The notes under the pieces were generated by a model. That model was not told where the DNA came from and did not search any database. It saw only the letters and a program-made list of their open reading frames with translations. Below are positions 11,040 to 24,107 of a stretch of 64,000 bases of DNA, piece after piece. The stretch covers positions 16,554,001 through 16,618,000 of the forward strand of contig JBHGNT010000006.1 in NCBI GenBank assembly GCA_043228905.1. Reading direction: 5' to 3'. Position 1 is the first letter of the stretch; every line of letters starts with the position of its first letter. The DNA is from Azolla caroliniana. Its lineage: Eukaryota > Plantae > Polypodiophyta. The position numbers were made by a program, and so were the translations under genes.

Positions 11040-11125
11040 GAGTACCCGGCTACGGAGTCGGATGATGAAGACCCCGGCTACGGAGCCGGATGATGGAGAC
11101 CCCGGCTACGGAGTCGGATGACGAA
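11040..11125 (+). repeat. 28-bp tandem repeat in U3 of the Tork-like LTR (one extra unit in the 3' LTR at about 15785-15890)
   Basis: Units of cccggctacggag(t/c)cggatgatg(a/g)agac. The LTR lengths are 627 and 655 bp. Confidence 0.85.
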
Positions 11126-11611
11126 TGTACCCGGAGAGAGATCCGGATGCGGGGACATATTTGTGAATATGTTTGCCAAGGGCCCTTGAGGCTATATTTG
11201 TAAATAGCCCGAAAGTCATATGTGTATAAATATGACTTAGGGCAAACACTGTTGCTGTTGTTGCTCATTTTTATGCCAAGTGAGAGCAACCGAGAGAGAG
11301 AGAGAGAGACGAAGAGGTCGTTGCCTCTATGTATTACCGCCGCCTGTGGCGAAGACAGTGAGCTCAAGGTTGTTGCCTTGAAGCCTCACCATTGTACATC
11401 TCTGTTCATAGTGATAGTTGGAGTTTGAGGACTCTCGTGGTTTTTCCCATAAAGGGTTTTCCACGTTAATCCCTGTGTAATCGTGTTCTTTCCGTGTGGT
11501 TCCTATTTTTCTGCTGTATTGATTCGCGCTTACTCGGTTGTGGCCGAGCGGTGAAGGTAAATCGGAGCATCGATTCTCTACAAACTGGTATCAGAGCGAC
11601 TGTTGCAGAAA

Positions 11612-14600
11612 ATGGAAGGCGGCGGCAGCGGGCAGCCGGGGATGATGGTGCTGAATGCGCAGAACTACGCCGACTGGAAGATCAAGATGGAAGATCTTCT
11701 GATTGTTCGGGACCTGTACGAACCGATTGACAGGTCGGAAATACCGAAGGGAGTACTTGAGTCGGAATGGAGGCTTCTGAACCGGAAAGCCGTTGCAACC
11801 ATTCGGCAATACGTAGACGTGAGCGTTCTACAACATGTGGCGAACGACACCAACGCATACGAGATGTGGCGGAAGCTGTCGGGCCTCTACGAGAGGAAGA
11901 ATGCGTTGAACCGGACCTCCCTGATGAGGAAGATAGTGAACCTCAAGTACCGTGACGGCGAGAGTATGGTGGAACACGTAAGCACGTTCATGGGATTCGT
12001 GAACCAGCTTGCGGCCATCAAGTTCCCGCTGGAGGATGCAATGCAAGCCATCATCTAGATGTGTACATTGCCGGAAAGCTGGGAGAACTTGGTGGTGACT
12101 CTCAGCACCTCCTGCACGGAAGATAACTTGTCCCTACAAACGGTAAAGACAAGTATTTTGAATGAAGAAGCGCGTCGGAGAGATAAAGAACCGGCCTCCG
12201 ACTCGAAGGCGCTGCTTACCGAATCGGAACGGGGAAGACAATGGAGCCGGAGTCCGCAAAGACGGGAGAAGTCGGGGACTCGGTCGCAGTCAAGAGGGAG
12301 ACCCACATGCTTCCACTGTGGGAAGCCGGGGCACTTCCGGAAGAATTGTCGGCATTACCGAAAGGACAACGGAGCCGACGACACCGATTCGAAGAAGTCA
12401 CCGGAGAGAAACGGTGCATACCGGGGAGCCACGGGCCGGAGAGGTCCGGATCGGCGAGGGCAGGACCGGAAAGGAACGACGGCACTCGCGGCAAGTGAGG
12501 AAGAAATCATGCTCATCACCGAAGAAGGTGAACTAAACATTGCCGGCGATGAGACGACCTCGGTGGTCGATTCCGGAGCATCGTTCCACCTGACCCCGGA
12601 GAGAAGATACTTCTCATCCTACACAGCCGGTGAGCTTGGCTATGTCCGGATGGGAAATGAAGGTACGTGCCGGATTGCCGGCATAGGAGACGTGTGGTTG
12701 ACAACCTCGACCGGATGCAAAATGCTGCTGAAGAATGTCCGACACGTTCCGGAGGTTCGATTGAACCTGATTTCGGCCGGAAGGCTAGACGATGAAGGCT
12801 ACACGGGTAGCATCCGGAACGGTGTCATGAAGTTCAGCAAAGGGAGCCTGATAGTGGCTCGGGCCCGGAAGATCAACACACTGTACCTGATGAATTCCCG
12901 GCTATGTCCGGAGGAGCTGAACGTGGCAGCTGACACTGCCGGTGAGCTATGGCACAAGAGACTGTGCCACATGAGCGAGAAGGGGATGAAGAGGCTTGCC
13001 GAAGACAACCTGATACCGGTAAAGCATGTACACTTGGGGAAGTGTACCGACTGTCTGGCCGGTAAGCAAAACCGGACCTCCTTCCACTCGAGGCCACCGA
13101 CGAGACGTAGCGCACCACTGGAGTTGGTGCACACTGATGTGTGTCAGGTAGAAACGAAGTCACATGGCGGAGCCCAGTACTTCGTAACATTCATTGATGA
13201 TCACAGCCGGAAGCTGTGGACGGCACCGTTGAAGACAAAGGACCAAGTATTGTCCGTCTTCGAAGAACTCCACGCGAGAGTGGAAAGGGAATCCGGCAAG
13301 AAGCTGAAAGCGATACGAGCGGATAACGGAGGGGAATACCGGGGGCAGTTCGCGGAGTACTGTCGCTCGAAGGGAATCCGGCTCGAGTTTACTGTGCCGA
13401 AGACGCCGGAACTGAACGGGCTGGCCGAGAGGATGAACCGGACCATAATGGAGAGGGTCCGGAATATGCTGGCGCATGCGAAATTACCCAAGGGGTTTTG
13501 GGCTGAGGCAATGTCGACGGCGACATATGTGATAAACCGATCACCCTCAGTACCTTTGGACGGAGACACGCCGCAGAGAGTGTGGACCGGTAGGGAAGTA
13601 TCTTACCGGCATCTGAAGGTGTTCGGGTGTCTCGCATACGTGCATGTGGCAAAGGACCGGAGAGGAAAGCTAGATCCAAAGACCCGGCCATGCATATTCC
13701 TCGGTTACGGCGACGACGAGTTCGGCTACCGAGTATGGGACCCGGTCGACAAGAAGATATTCAGGAGTCGAGACATCATCTTCATGGAGGACAAGACACT
13801 CGCCGACTGGGAGTCGGAGAAGAAGATGAAGAGCTCCAAGTCGACCGGTGAGGATCAACTCTACGAGGAGCAGTCCCGACCGGCAAGGGACCGGTTAGCA
13901 CTCGAGGATCCGGCCGAAGACGGTGGAGAAACAGAACCGGCCGAGGAAGATGAAACTGATACCGGAACCGGCCCCGATCCCGAAATGGATTCGGATGAAG
14001 AGGAAACGGAGGAGCCGGTTACCGAAGCTCCGGAACGGAGATATCCTCTAAGAGAGAGAAGGGCCCCCCGGAGATTTCCGGAACCTGAGCACGTGCTGCT
14101 AACCGACGAAGGGGAGCCGGAGAGTTTTGAAGAAGCGAAGCTTGACACCCATAGCCGCAGGTGATTAAGTGCCATGCAGGAGGAGATGGATTCCCTGCAT
14201 GAGAACCACACATATGAACTTGTGGAGTTGCCGAAAGGAAAGCGGGCACTTCGAAACAAGTGGGTGTTCAAGCTGAAACCGGGAGATGCCGGAAACCCCC
14301 CGAGATACAAAGCCAGGATCGTGGTGAAGGGGTTCCAGCAGAAGAAGGGCGTTGACTTCGACGAGATATTTGCCCCGGTAGTGAAGATGACCTCCATCCG
14401 GACGGTGCTGAGCATAGCGGCAAGCATGGACCTCGAGGTAGAACAGATGGACGTGAAGACGGCATTCCTTCACGGTGACCTCGAAGAAGAGATCTACATG
14501 CAGCAACCGGAAGGATTCGAGAAGAAAGGGAAGGAGCACCTGGTATGCCGGTTGAAGAAGAGCCTTTACGGACTGAAGCAGGCTCCCCGGCAGTGGTACC

Positions 14601-15685
14601 GGAAGTTCGACTCCTTCATGACCGACGAAGGGTACCACAAAACGCAGTCCGATCACTGCGTGTTTGTGAAGAAGTTCGAAGGAGGAGACTTTCTAATACT
14701 CCTCCTGTACGTGGACGACATGTTGATCGTCGGACGAGACCAGGTCAATATACGGATGCTGAAGAAGGCTCTTCACCGAACTTTCTCAATGAAGGACCTA
14801 GGTCCGGCGAGGCAAATACTAGGGATGCACATCATCCGGGACCGGAAGAAGAAGCAGTTGTGGCTGTCACAGGAGAAGTACGTGACAAAGGTGCTTCACC
14901 GGTTCAACATGTCGGAAGCAAGACCGGTCGGGTCAACACTCCCGACAAACTGCAAGCTGTCCAGCAAGCAAAGCCCCAAGACAAAGGCTGAGAAGGAGGA
15001 CATGATGAAAGTACCATATGCCTCTGCCGTCGGGAGCTTGATGTACGCAATGGTGTGTACCCGACCGGACATAGGATATGCAGTCGGAGTGGTGAGCCGG
15101 TACATGAGCAATCCCGGCAAAGAGCATTGGAACGCGGCCAAGTGGATACTCCGATACCTGAAGGGCATAGCAAACGTGTGCCTCCGATTCGGCTCCGGTA
15201 AACCCGAACTCGACGGCTTCACCGATTCGGACATGTCGGCTGATGCAGATACCAGCCGGTCCACATCAGGGTATGTGATGACGTATGCAGGGGGAGCTGT
15301 TTCATGGCAGTCGAGGCTGCAGAAGACGGTTGCGTTGTCAACCACGGAGGCGGAGTACATGGCGGCTGTTGAAGCCGGCAAGGAAATAATATGGATGAAG
15401 GACTTCATTAGAGAGCTCGGTATCCGGCAGGAGGAGTACCGACTCTACTGCGACAGTCAGAGTGCAATCCACCTTGCGAAGAACGCGGCCTATCACTCCC
15501 GGACGAAGCACATCCAGCGAAGATATCACTGGATCCGGGAAAGGATAGAAGACAAGGAGTTCGTGCTGACGAAGATCCACACGGACGAGAACGGGTCGGA
15601 TATGCTGACCAAGGTGCTCACACCCGACAAGCTGGAAGCATGCCGGAAGAGGATCGGATTGGAGAGACATCCCATGCCGAAGTGA
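11612..15685 (+). pseudogene. Gag-pol polyprotein in one frame with two premature stops (12056-12058, 14162-14164)
   Basis: CFHCGKPGHFRKNC, DSGAS, LWHKRLCH, DNGGEY, QMDVKTAFL, YVDDML, DSDMS, TEAEY, DSQSAI. Confidence 0.95.
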
Positions 15686-16632
15686 AGGGGGAGTTTGTTG
15701 GGATTTCGGTCCCTCCGGATGGGATGTCCGGAGATGAATGACGGCAAGCCCGGTTGCAGTTACGGAACCGGAGGATGAAGAGTACCCGGCTACGTAGTCG
15801 GATGATGAAGACCCCGGCTACGGAGCCGGATGATGAAGACCCCGGCTACGGAGCCGGATGATGGAGACCCCGGCTACGGAGTCGGATGACGAATGTACCC
15901 GGAGAGAGATCCGGATGCGGGGACATATTTGTGAATATGTTTGCCAAGGGCCCTTGAGGCTATATTTGTAAATAGCCCGAAAGTCATATGTGTATAAATA
16001 TGACTTAGGGCAAACACTGTTGCTGTTGTTGCTCATTTTTATGCCAAGTGAGAGCAACCGAGAGAGAGAGAGAGAGACGAAGAGGTCGTTGCCTCTGTGT
16101 ATTACCGCCGCCTGTGGCGAAGACAGTGAGCTCAAGGTTGTTGCCTTGAAGCCTCACCATTGTACATCTCTGTTCATAGTGATAGTTGGAGTTTGAGGAC
16201 TCCCGTGGTTTTTCCCATAAAGGGTTTTCCACGTTAATCCCTGTGTAATCGTGTTCTTTCCGTGTGGTTCCTATTTTTCTGCTGTATTGATTCGCGCTTA
16301 CTCGGTTGTGGCCGAGCGGTGAAGGTAAATCGGAGCATCGATTCTCTACAGATATAACAATTAAGGCAGAACGGCAATTAACACAGAGAAAGAACAACGC
16401 TAAGCTTTTATTAATTAACCGCTATTCATTACATTGTATCCGGGCCTTTAAATAGGTTTCTGGTCTATATTACAAAACGGTGCCATCCGCACCTGTTCGG
16501 GATCGGCTGGATCCGGAACGGCATACCGATTCCGGTCCGTCCATCCACACTCATAGCTTAATTACAACCACATTCCTACTACTTAAATAACTCTCCGTTT
16601 CCCACTCTGGACTCCTTTGTCGGCCGGTAACA

Positions 16633-17100
16633 TCAATGCACTTCTCAAGCTGCACGTTCTTTACCCCTGGAATGAGGTTGTCATCGGCAAGTCTTCTCAT
16701 CCCTTTCTGTAAAAGGTAACATGCGGAAGCTTTGACAAACCGGTTTATCCGGATAGCAACATAAGATAGAGAATGAAGGTTTAATGGAAGCTTAAGAATA
16801 GAGAATATACAGGAGAGATAGAGAGAGAAGAAAGCATAAACTCAATTCAAAATAATAACACTCTGTACATAGGATGTGCTCAGTGAGCACTCTTTATACA
16901 AGTCCACAATGGACTGATAGAAGTACTATGTACTTCAATGCTTAGACGATTAGCTGACACTAACTACGAGGACCATGACTACCTAGTAGTCTAGAAGCGT
17001 AGACCTCTAAATGGCCTACCGGTACACACGTGGCTCTGGCTTATCCAGTCGAGCCATATCCAATTCAGCTTGCTCGCTCAACACTCCCCCTCAAGCTCAA
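16633..17100. repeat. Copy 2 of the 468-bp duplication (includes family C 3' LTR copy 16708-17083)
   Basis: Matches 1161-1628. Confidence 0.9.
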
Positions 17101-17374
17101 CTTGAGTTCGGATCGTGGTGTTAGTGTCTGGGGCAACCGGTTCTTTCGTCCGGCTCCTTCTTGTGTCCTCCCGCCTTGCTTGTGCTCCTCGTCTGGTCCG
17201 GTTCCTCCTTCTACAACCCATCTAGTTCTGCGCTCCTCGAGCTCCTCGGTCGGCTTGTCTACTCAATAGGTCCATCTTAGTTGCTTTGATATTGCGACTT
17301 CGGCGCTTCTCAACCCATCGGTTCCCTCGTGTCGGTGTCGACTTCCGCCACCTTCTTGTCCGTTTGGCTTCCAG

Positions 17375-18077
17375 TTAATTCGACTCCTCCGAACCAAACG
17401 CCTCTTGTGAATCAGTTGCCTCTGATTCGTTCCAGCTCTTGTCTGAATTGGATGTCTCCAATTCTTCTTCAACCTTCAGGCCGACTTTATTGGATTTGCC
17501 GACTTCTTCTGTCAAGTCGGCTCCCTTTGTCTTCTTGTCTCCCCTTGTCTTCGTTCTCTCTTTCTCTCCGGTTCCTTGTCTGGTGCCATTACCTGGCTCC
17601 ATTCTCCCCCTCAAATGCGGCACGTCGAGATGTTGGAGACCCAACATCTCCGAGAAGTGTTGCAACTTGTCTGATTTGAGCAACTTGGGGAAGATGTCGG
17701 CAACTTGCCGATCCATGTGAACATACCGAAGCTGATCCATGTCCGAACATGAAATACGGGGTTCTTAGCGAGTTGTATTCTACTTACGTCGTCACAATAG
17801 ATCAGGATTGGGGTCGATACCTCGACCCGGAGGTCTTGTAGCAAGCGCTGAAGCCATATAGCTTCATAGGTGGCAATGGTGGCGCCCCGATACTCAGCTT
17901 TCGTGCTCGAGAAATCTATGGTTGGCTGCTTTTTGTTGCTTTATGCAACAGGTGCGCTACCAAGACAAAACATGTATCCGGAGGTGGACCAGCGATCCGA
18001 TGCATCACTAACCCAACTGGCATCTGTATATCTGACTAGCTTTTCAACTATACTGTGTCGATATAACAAACCCTTAT
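17375..18077 (-). pseudogene. Copia family C RNase H and C-terminal tail
   Basis: IYCDDVSRIQLAKNPVFH; QVADIFPK...LGLQHLDVPHLRGR followed by a charged tail. Confidence 0.85.
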
Positions 18078-18518
18078 TATTAGAGATCTAGGTACTAAAG
18101 TAAGCTTAAGATAAGGATAAACTAATGATAGATAGAAAGGAGAAAGAGAAAGAAGGGTGCTGACCCACCTGACCACCCCCGAGCGAAGGGATCGAGACGG
18201 ACTCGAGCCTCGATCGGCGTCCCATATCACCATCGTGGCGTCGAGTCGTACCTGGTGCTGGCGCGCTCGCTACAAGAGTTGACCCACCACAAGAGCAGAG
18301 TCTCGATGTAGTCAAAAGATGATCAAATGAGGGTAGCTAGGCCTCTTATTTATAGTGATACCCAAGGCCCCCAGGCAAGTTCAGACTTGACCTAATGGGT
18401 TGTCTCAATCCCGAGGATTAAAAGTAATCCTCCCCTTCTTTACACTCTCGTTTAACCCTCACACTTATCCACGTGTATAGAATACTACGGTAAATTCTCA
18501 CCACGGGATATTAAATGG

Positions 18519-21500
18519 TCATGCCCGTAACATACTCCCCTTCTTTAAAACATTGCACTCTTGCAATGGAAAGTTAGGGAAGTTTGTTCTTAGAGTATTC
18601 TCGCGTTCCCATGTGGCATCTTTGATAGATTTGTCCATCCATTTAATTTTAAATTCTCGGATTTCTTTAGTACGTAACTTTTTTGTTTTAACATTGAGAT
18701 TAGTTTCTGGTACATGTGGTTTCGAAGATAAATCTTCAGAAGTAACCAGAGTTTCAGTTGTAATTGTGTTGTCGCCAGAACCTAGAAGTTCTTTTAGATG
18801 ACTCACATGGAAGACTGGATGAATTCCAACACCATCGGGAAGAGCGAGACGATAGGCTGATGGCCCAATGCGTTTGAGGACTGTAAAAGGTCCACAAAAC
18901 CATGGGGCTAACTTAGCGCACTTACCCGTAGACAATGTCTTAGAATTGTGAGGTACACGTAAAAATACCTTCTGTCCAAGGTTGAATACACGAGGTTGCC
19001 TATGATGGTCGGCATAAAAACGCGCTCTATCTTGAGCTATTTTTATATTATCTCGTGCAATATGCAACATATCTTGCATATCCGGAAGAAAGTTTTGCGT
19101 ACTTCGCAACTCATCATGATGTATATTAACATCAATCGGGGCTCATGGCTGAAAACCATACATCAACATAAAAGGACTATATCCCGTCGACGTTTGCTTG
19201 GAGCTGTTATAAGCAAACTCCAAAATTGGGAGATAACGTTCCCATTTTGTTGGTTTTGCACCAACGTATGCTCGAAGCATGTCCTCAATAATTTGATTTA
19301 CTTGTTCTATCTGTCCATCAGATTGAGGATGATCCGTGGAGCTCATGCTCAACGTAGTTTCTAACTTCTTAAAGACTTGCGTCCAGAAGTCACTAGTAAA
19401 CTTTGATTCTCGATCACTCACGATATCCATCGGTAACCCATAAAAACAAAATAATTCCTCAACGAATTGGTAAGCCAATTCAGGAGTTTTTACCGTGGTT
19501 TTAGTAGCAATAAATCTAGCCATTTTAGTTAGTCGATCAACGACAACCCAGATGGCATCATGACCTTTTTGGGTGCAAGGAAGGCTAACAATAAAATCGA
19601 TGGATATACTTTCCCACTTATTATTGGGAATGTCCTAGGGATGTAAAAGTTTTGCGGCTTTAAGTCGCTCAACTTTGTTAACCTGAGACTGGTGACATTT
19701 AGTCACATAGCTATGTATGTCAGGACGCATCTTAGGCCAATAAAATTGAGTGGAGATGAGAATGAGTGTATGATGTATTCGCCTCTACCCTGCTGAGGGT
19801 GCATCATGGCATTCAAAAAGAATCCTCTTTTTGACCTCGGGTAAAATTGGAACACAAACCTTCCCATTACGGTAGAGCAAACCGTTAGCAATGTGGAAGT
19901 ATTCCTTCGAGGATGTGGTGGTGTCTGTTCTAGACTCAACTCTTGCCCAGTATTTTGCAAAATAACTATCATCAGGATACTTTCCTCGAAGGTGATCATA
20001 AAGATCTGATCTTATTTCAGTGAAGCTAAGCATGTTAACTTCACGAATGCGACTTAGTGCATCAACGACAGTGTTCATGGAACCTTTACGATATCGTATG
20101 GAAAAATCAAAGTCCTGGATGAGATCAGCCCATCGTGCCTTACGGCCTTTCAGGTCTTGTTGGTCACAAAAATATTTCAAGGACTCGTGGTCCGTAGTTA
20201 CCACAAAGCGATTTCCATAAAGATAATAGCGCCATGTTTTGAGTGCATGTATAACTGCAAATAATTCCTTTTCTTGAACGGTATACTGACATTGAGCAGA
20301 AACAAGTTTCTTACTCTCGAATGCTATTGGTTTACCATCTTGATACAAGACAGCACCTATAGCATAATCACTTGCATTGGTTTCAACCTCAAAAGGTTTT
20401 GAAGGATCAGGTAAAAGAAATGAAGGAGCCTTGCAAACCAGGTCCTTGAGTTCCTTAAAGGCGAGGTCTACTGTAGCATTCCACACAATAGGTTTTGTAG
20501 ACTTACGCGTTTGACCTTTTAAAAGATCAGTAAACGGCGTCGTCAATTGGGAGTAATTACGAAGAGACTTTTGCAAAAACCCGACAAAACCAAGGAATGA
20601 TCGAACTTCTCAAATATTCCGAAGAGTGGGCCAAAGCTTGATTTTCTCAATGTGAGAACGATCTATTTCAACTCCTCGTTCGGTTATGAGATGTCCTAGA
20701 TAAGTGGTTGATTTCTTGAAGAACTCACATTTTGAGATCTTCACATAAAACTATTTGTCACGCAATGTTTGTAAAACAAAGCGGACATGTCTAACATGTT
20801 CTTTTAATGTATGGCTATAAACTAAAATATCATCCAAGAAAATAACGACAAATTTTCCAAGTTGTTCTCGGAAAATGTCATTCATTTCTTGTTGAAAAGT
20901 AGCCAGAGCATTGGTCAAACCAAAAGGCATAACCAAAAACTCGTAATGGCCGTAGCGCGTACGAAATGTCGTTTTAGGAACATCGTCCTCACTTATTCGT
21001 ATTTGATGGTAGCCAGTACGGAGATCAAGTTTCGTAAAATATCGAGCTCCCTGGAGACGATCAATTAGATCGTCAGCCCGGGGCAATGGGTATGAATTCT
21101 TGATCGTCACTTTATTCAAGCGTCGGTAATTAATACACATACGCCATGTGCCCTCTTTCTTTTTTTCCAAGAGAACTGGTGCACCCCATGGAGATTTACT
21201 ATACCGTATATAACCCATTCGTAAATAGTCCTTGAGTTGCTTAGATACCTCATCTTCTTCGGATCGACTTAAGCAATACGGAGGTATACTTATTGGTGCA
21301 ACACCAGGTACAATATCTATACGATGGTTTATATTATATTTAGGAGGTAACCCATCAGGTAGTTCACTTGGAAAAACATCATGAAAATCACTTAAGATTT
21401 CATCAAGTTGTTGTTCAAAATATGTTAATTGAACCGAGACATTATCGATATTGTAAATGTGAATGTCCGGATCAAGTACACAATAAAATAGAGTAGAACA

Positions 21501-21941
21501 AGACAATTTGGATATTGATGGACACAAGGAAACAATCGAGAGGGATTGTTGTTTTACACATTGAATACAATGCGTACAATCGTTCAGTACAAAAGAAATG
21601 GAATGGCGAACCCAATCAATAAATAAAGAAGAGTTTTTATTATAAAACCAGGGATAACCCAGTATTACATCGGTGGTACAAAGATTCATTACATGGAAGT
21701 CTACTTCCTCTATATAAGTATCAATAGAAATTCCTAATGAATGAATTGCCTCGTTGATGTATTGTACTCTTCCATCAGCCAAGTGCACCGTGTAGGTGTG
21801 ATCACTTACGGTGGGTTGGATTCCCCATATCTGAACCAAATGATCATTCACAAAATTGTGTGAGCTTCCCGAATCAAATAAAAATTGTACAGGAGATCCA
21901 TTGATATACCCGTTTGCACGTAGTAAATCATTGGGACCCAA
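18519..21941 (-). pseudogene. Chromovirus pol (PR, RT, RH, INT, chromodomain), fragmented
   Basis: [47 protein letters not shown]...HPQSDGQ, GPF, HPVFHVSHLK, EFKIKW...DATWE. Confidence 0.92.
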
Positions 21942-22025
21942 TACATAGTGAGGGAAAGAACATTGATAATTACTTAGATGATGTGTATAGACCTGAAGGA
22001 CATTAGGAATCTGACCTTTATGGTC

Positions 22026-22929
22026 TTAAGCTTTAGGTTTGCTGTCGTGCTCTTTCCGTTGGAGTTTTCGACATTGCTCTTTTGTGTGACCCTTCTTTTT
22101 GCAGAATACGCAAAAAGGATGTTGTCGCTTACAATCGTGTGCCAGGAATTCGTTGGGTGTCTTGCGTTTCCCAACAAATTGCGATTGCTTAGTCCCGGGT
22201 GCTTCGTTGGGTTTGTTGTGGTCCTTCTTCGAAGTGCGTTGATAGCGAAGAACTATTTCAACGGCCTCTTCGAACGATTTTGGATCCTGATCGTGCACTA
22301 TCCAGTGATAGTCCGAATTGAGGATGCCATTGACAAAACAAGCTATCAACCAATTGTCCCCTTCTAGACCCAATTTTTGGATTTTGGTTCTAGCATGGTG
22401 AACATAGTCTTCTAGAGAGGTTCATTAAAGCTTGTGTTGCCTTGGTTCGAGAGGGAGGTTGCAGAAATTGGCCCTTAAAAACTGTGACAAAATTTGTCCA
22501 GGTATTGGGCAATTTCCCCATAGTACGGAGCCCACGCCACCAGGCGGCGGCCTTACCCCCGAGTTCTCAGCCGACATATGCAATCTTCGTACTATCTGGC
22601 GTGGGCTAGAGCTCAAAATGAGACTCCCATCGTCCCAGCCATGTGCAGATTGCTTCTTCGGTTCTTTCCTTTTTGTCTCTCGTTAATGGCTTAACGACAA
22701 ATGATGGTTCACATTGTCACTCATCAGGTCTATTAGTCTCACATTGTAGACTAATGACACGTGCCTCAAGAGCACTCTGAGATTGCCGAAGTTCGGTCAT
22801 TTGTTGAGCGGTGAAACTAAGGTATTGGCTTATTTGTGCCAAATACATCTCAGTGGACATTTGTCCAGGAGGATTCCCTTGAGTTCCTTCCGCTTGAGCG
22901 GATGACATCAGGTCATTAATTTGAGCCAT
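22026..22929 (-). pseudogene. Chromovirus gag fragments
   Basis: Knuckle CVFCKKKGHTKEQC in 22026-22373 and an N-terminal ORF at 22717-22929. Confidence 0.65.
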
Positions 22930-24107
22930 TAAAGATTATTTCTGGAAAAGAAATAGGATAAGGTCAGAGGGATAGTCATAACATCATGTCGTGATGTAAA
23001 CATATCATGGGCAAACATTAATCGATATCATGATCTCACGTCAATACCCCTCTAGACGTATGAGATGAGGTTCAAGATTAGGTTACTATGGTAACACAAA
23101 GGTGTTTTAAAAACCATGGGGGTGACAATTTAATGTCTTTCCTTGATCTCTATATCGATGTTTTCATGGCGACTCCCCAAGGCTCAACCATGTATGTTCG
23201 CGTCATGAGTAGTTTATACACGAAAAAAATGTTAACAATAAACTATGTTTCTTTGCCCACATATGTGGTTTCGGCTCTTTAAGTCCTATTACGAGGACCC
23301 CAAGGTGCACTTAGACCTTAAGTCTAAACATGTGTTATAGTCATATGTATCAAGGATGTTGTATGGTCTTGTTCATATTTGAACTCGAGACCTCGAGAAC
23401 AAATACGTTAAACACTTGAGCCAACCAAGTAAGTTTCTCTTCTCGAATGCGTAATGTTTGATGCGTATAAGAGATATGCGAGGCATTTGATCATATATGT
23501 TTTTTTAAAAGAACATATATGTTAAGGGTCCTTATTTCGCCCTCATTTACCAAAACTATGTTAGTACATTACCTAACCTCAAGTCTCGTAATTACGATGG
23601 CATACGCCAACGTGCAACCTAATGGTCAAGCCAAATGAGCCCTCGTTTCGTAGTAGGCCCACGTGGCCCATCACATGGTCACGTCATTACGAATTCCTCT
23701 CGTAAGAACGAGCTCATGGTGGCATTGTATCCATGTAACGAGGGAGGGATGTTGGATACGTGTGTCATTGGAGCAACCTCACTTGAAGTGGGTCAAGCCC
23801 TATGTACTCAACATCATTATGGCTATAGGCGTTTCTTTACGTAACGAAATCGAGGTCATCAACGGGGTTTTCAACAATAAAAAATTGTTGAAAGAGGGAT
23901 GGTGAAAACACCATTCTCACAAAAATGTGAGGACGGCCACCAACATCCTTTATCCGACAAGGACAACTTTCGATATAATCACGTAATAACGAATATACAC
24001 ATATGTTTACTTATCACATATATACGATCAAATACATATATACGTGACCACATATGCCTATGTTAAACATATCGTTATATTAAATAGCCACAAATTATGT
24101 GATCGAG

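Larger units (their letters stand above)
10956..16350 (+). mobile_element. Young full-length Ty1/copia (Tork/Tnt1-like) element
   Basis: TSD gatat (10951-10955, 16351-16355), LTRs 10956-11582 and 15696-16350 nearly identical, PBS TGGTATCAGAGC 11586-11597, PPT gaagggggag 15684-15693. Confidence 0.97.
1629..16632 (-). mobile_element. Ty3/gypsy non-chromovirus, Athila-like element with extra 3' ORFs
   Basis: LTR 1629-2063 matches 10799-10955 plus 16356-16632. Gag-PR-RT-RH-INT on the minus strand, with RT motif YSFLDGFSGYNQI and RH-INT linker DEFPDAELF. No chromodomain or second (archaeal-type) RNase H is seen. Confidence 0.9.
10799..16632 (-). repeat. 5' LTR of the Athila-like element, split into 10799-10955 and 16356-16632 by a copia insertion
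   Basis: The joined halves match 1629-2063 with about 15 differences. Confidence 0.9.

Noticed and set aside
12056-12058. Programmed stop-codon read-through in the Tork-like gag
   Set aside because: The stop is mid-gag, lacks a CARYYA-type context, and a second TGG-to-TGA stop at 14162 shows ordinary decay.
1625-16636. Simple 4-bp TSD (tcaa) for the Athila-like element
   Set aside because: The tcaa match is just the ends of the 468-bp duplication, and the right flank does not continue the left flank.
22453-22628. MITE (GGGAG...CTCCC) inserted in the chromovirus gag
   Set aside because: The inverted ends are only 5 bp, there is no TSD and no second copy. It may be an insertion but cannot be supported here.
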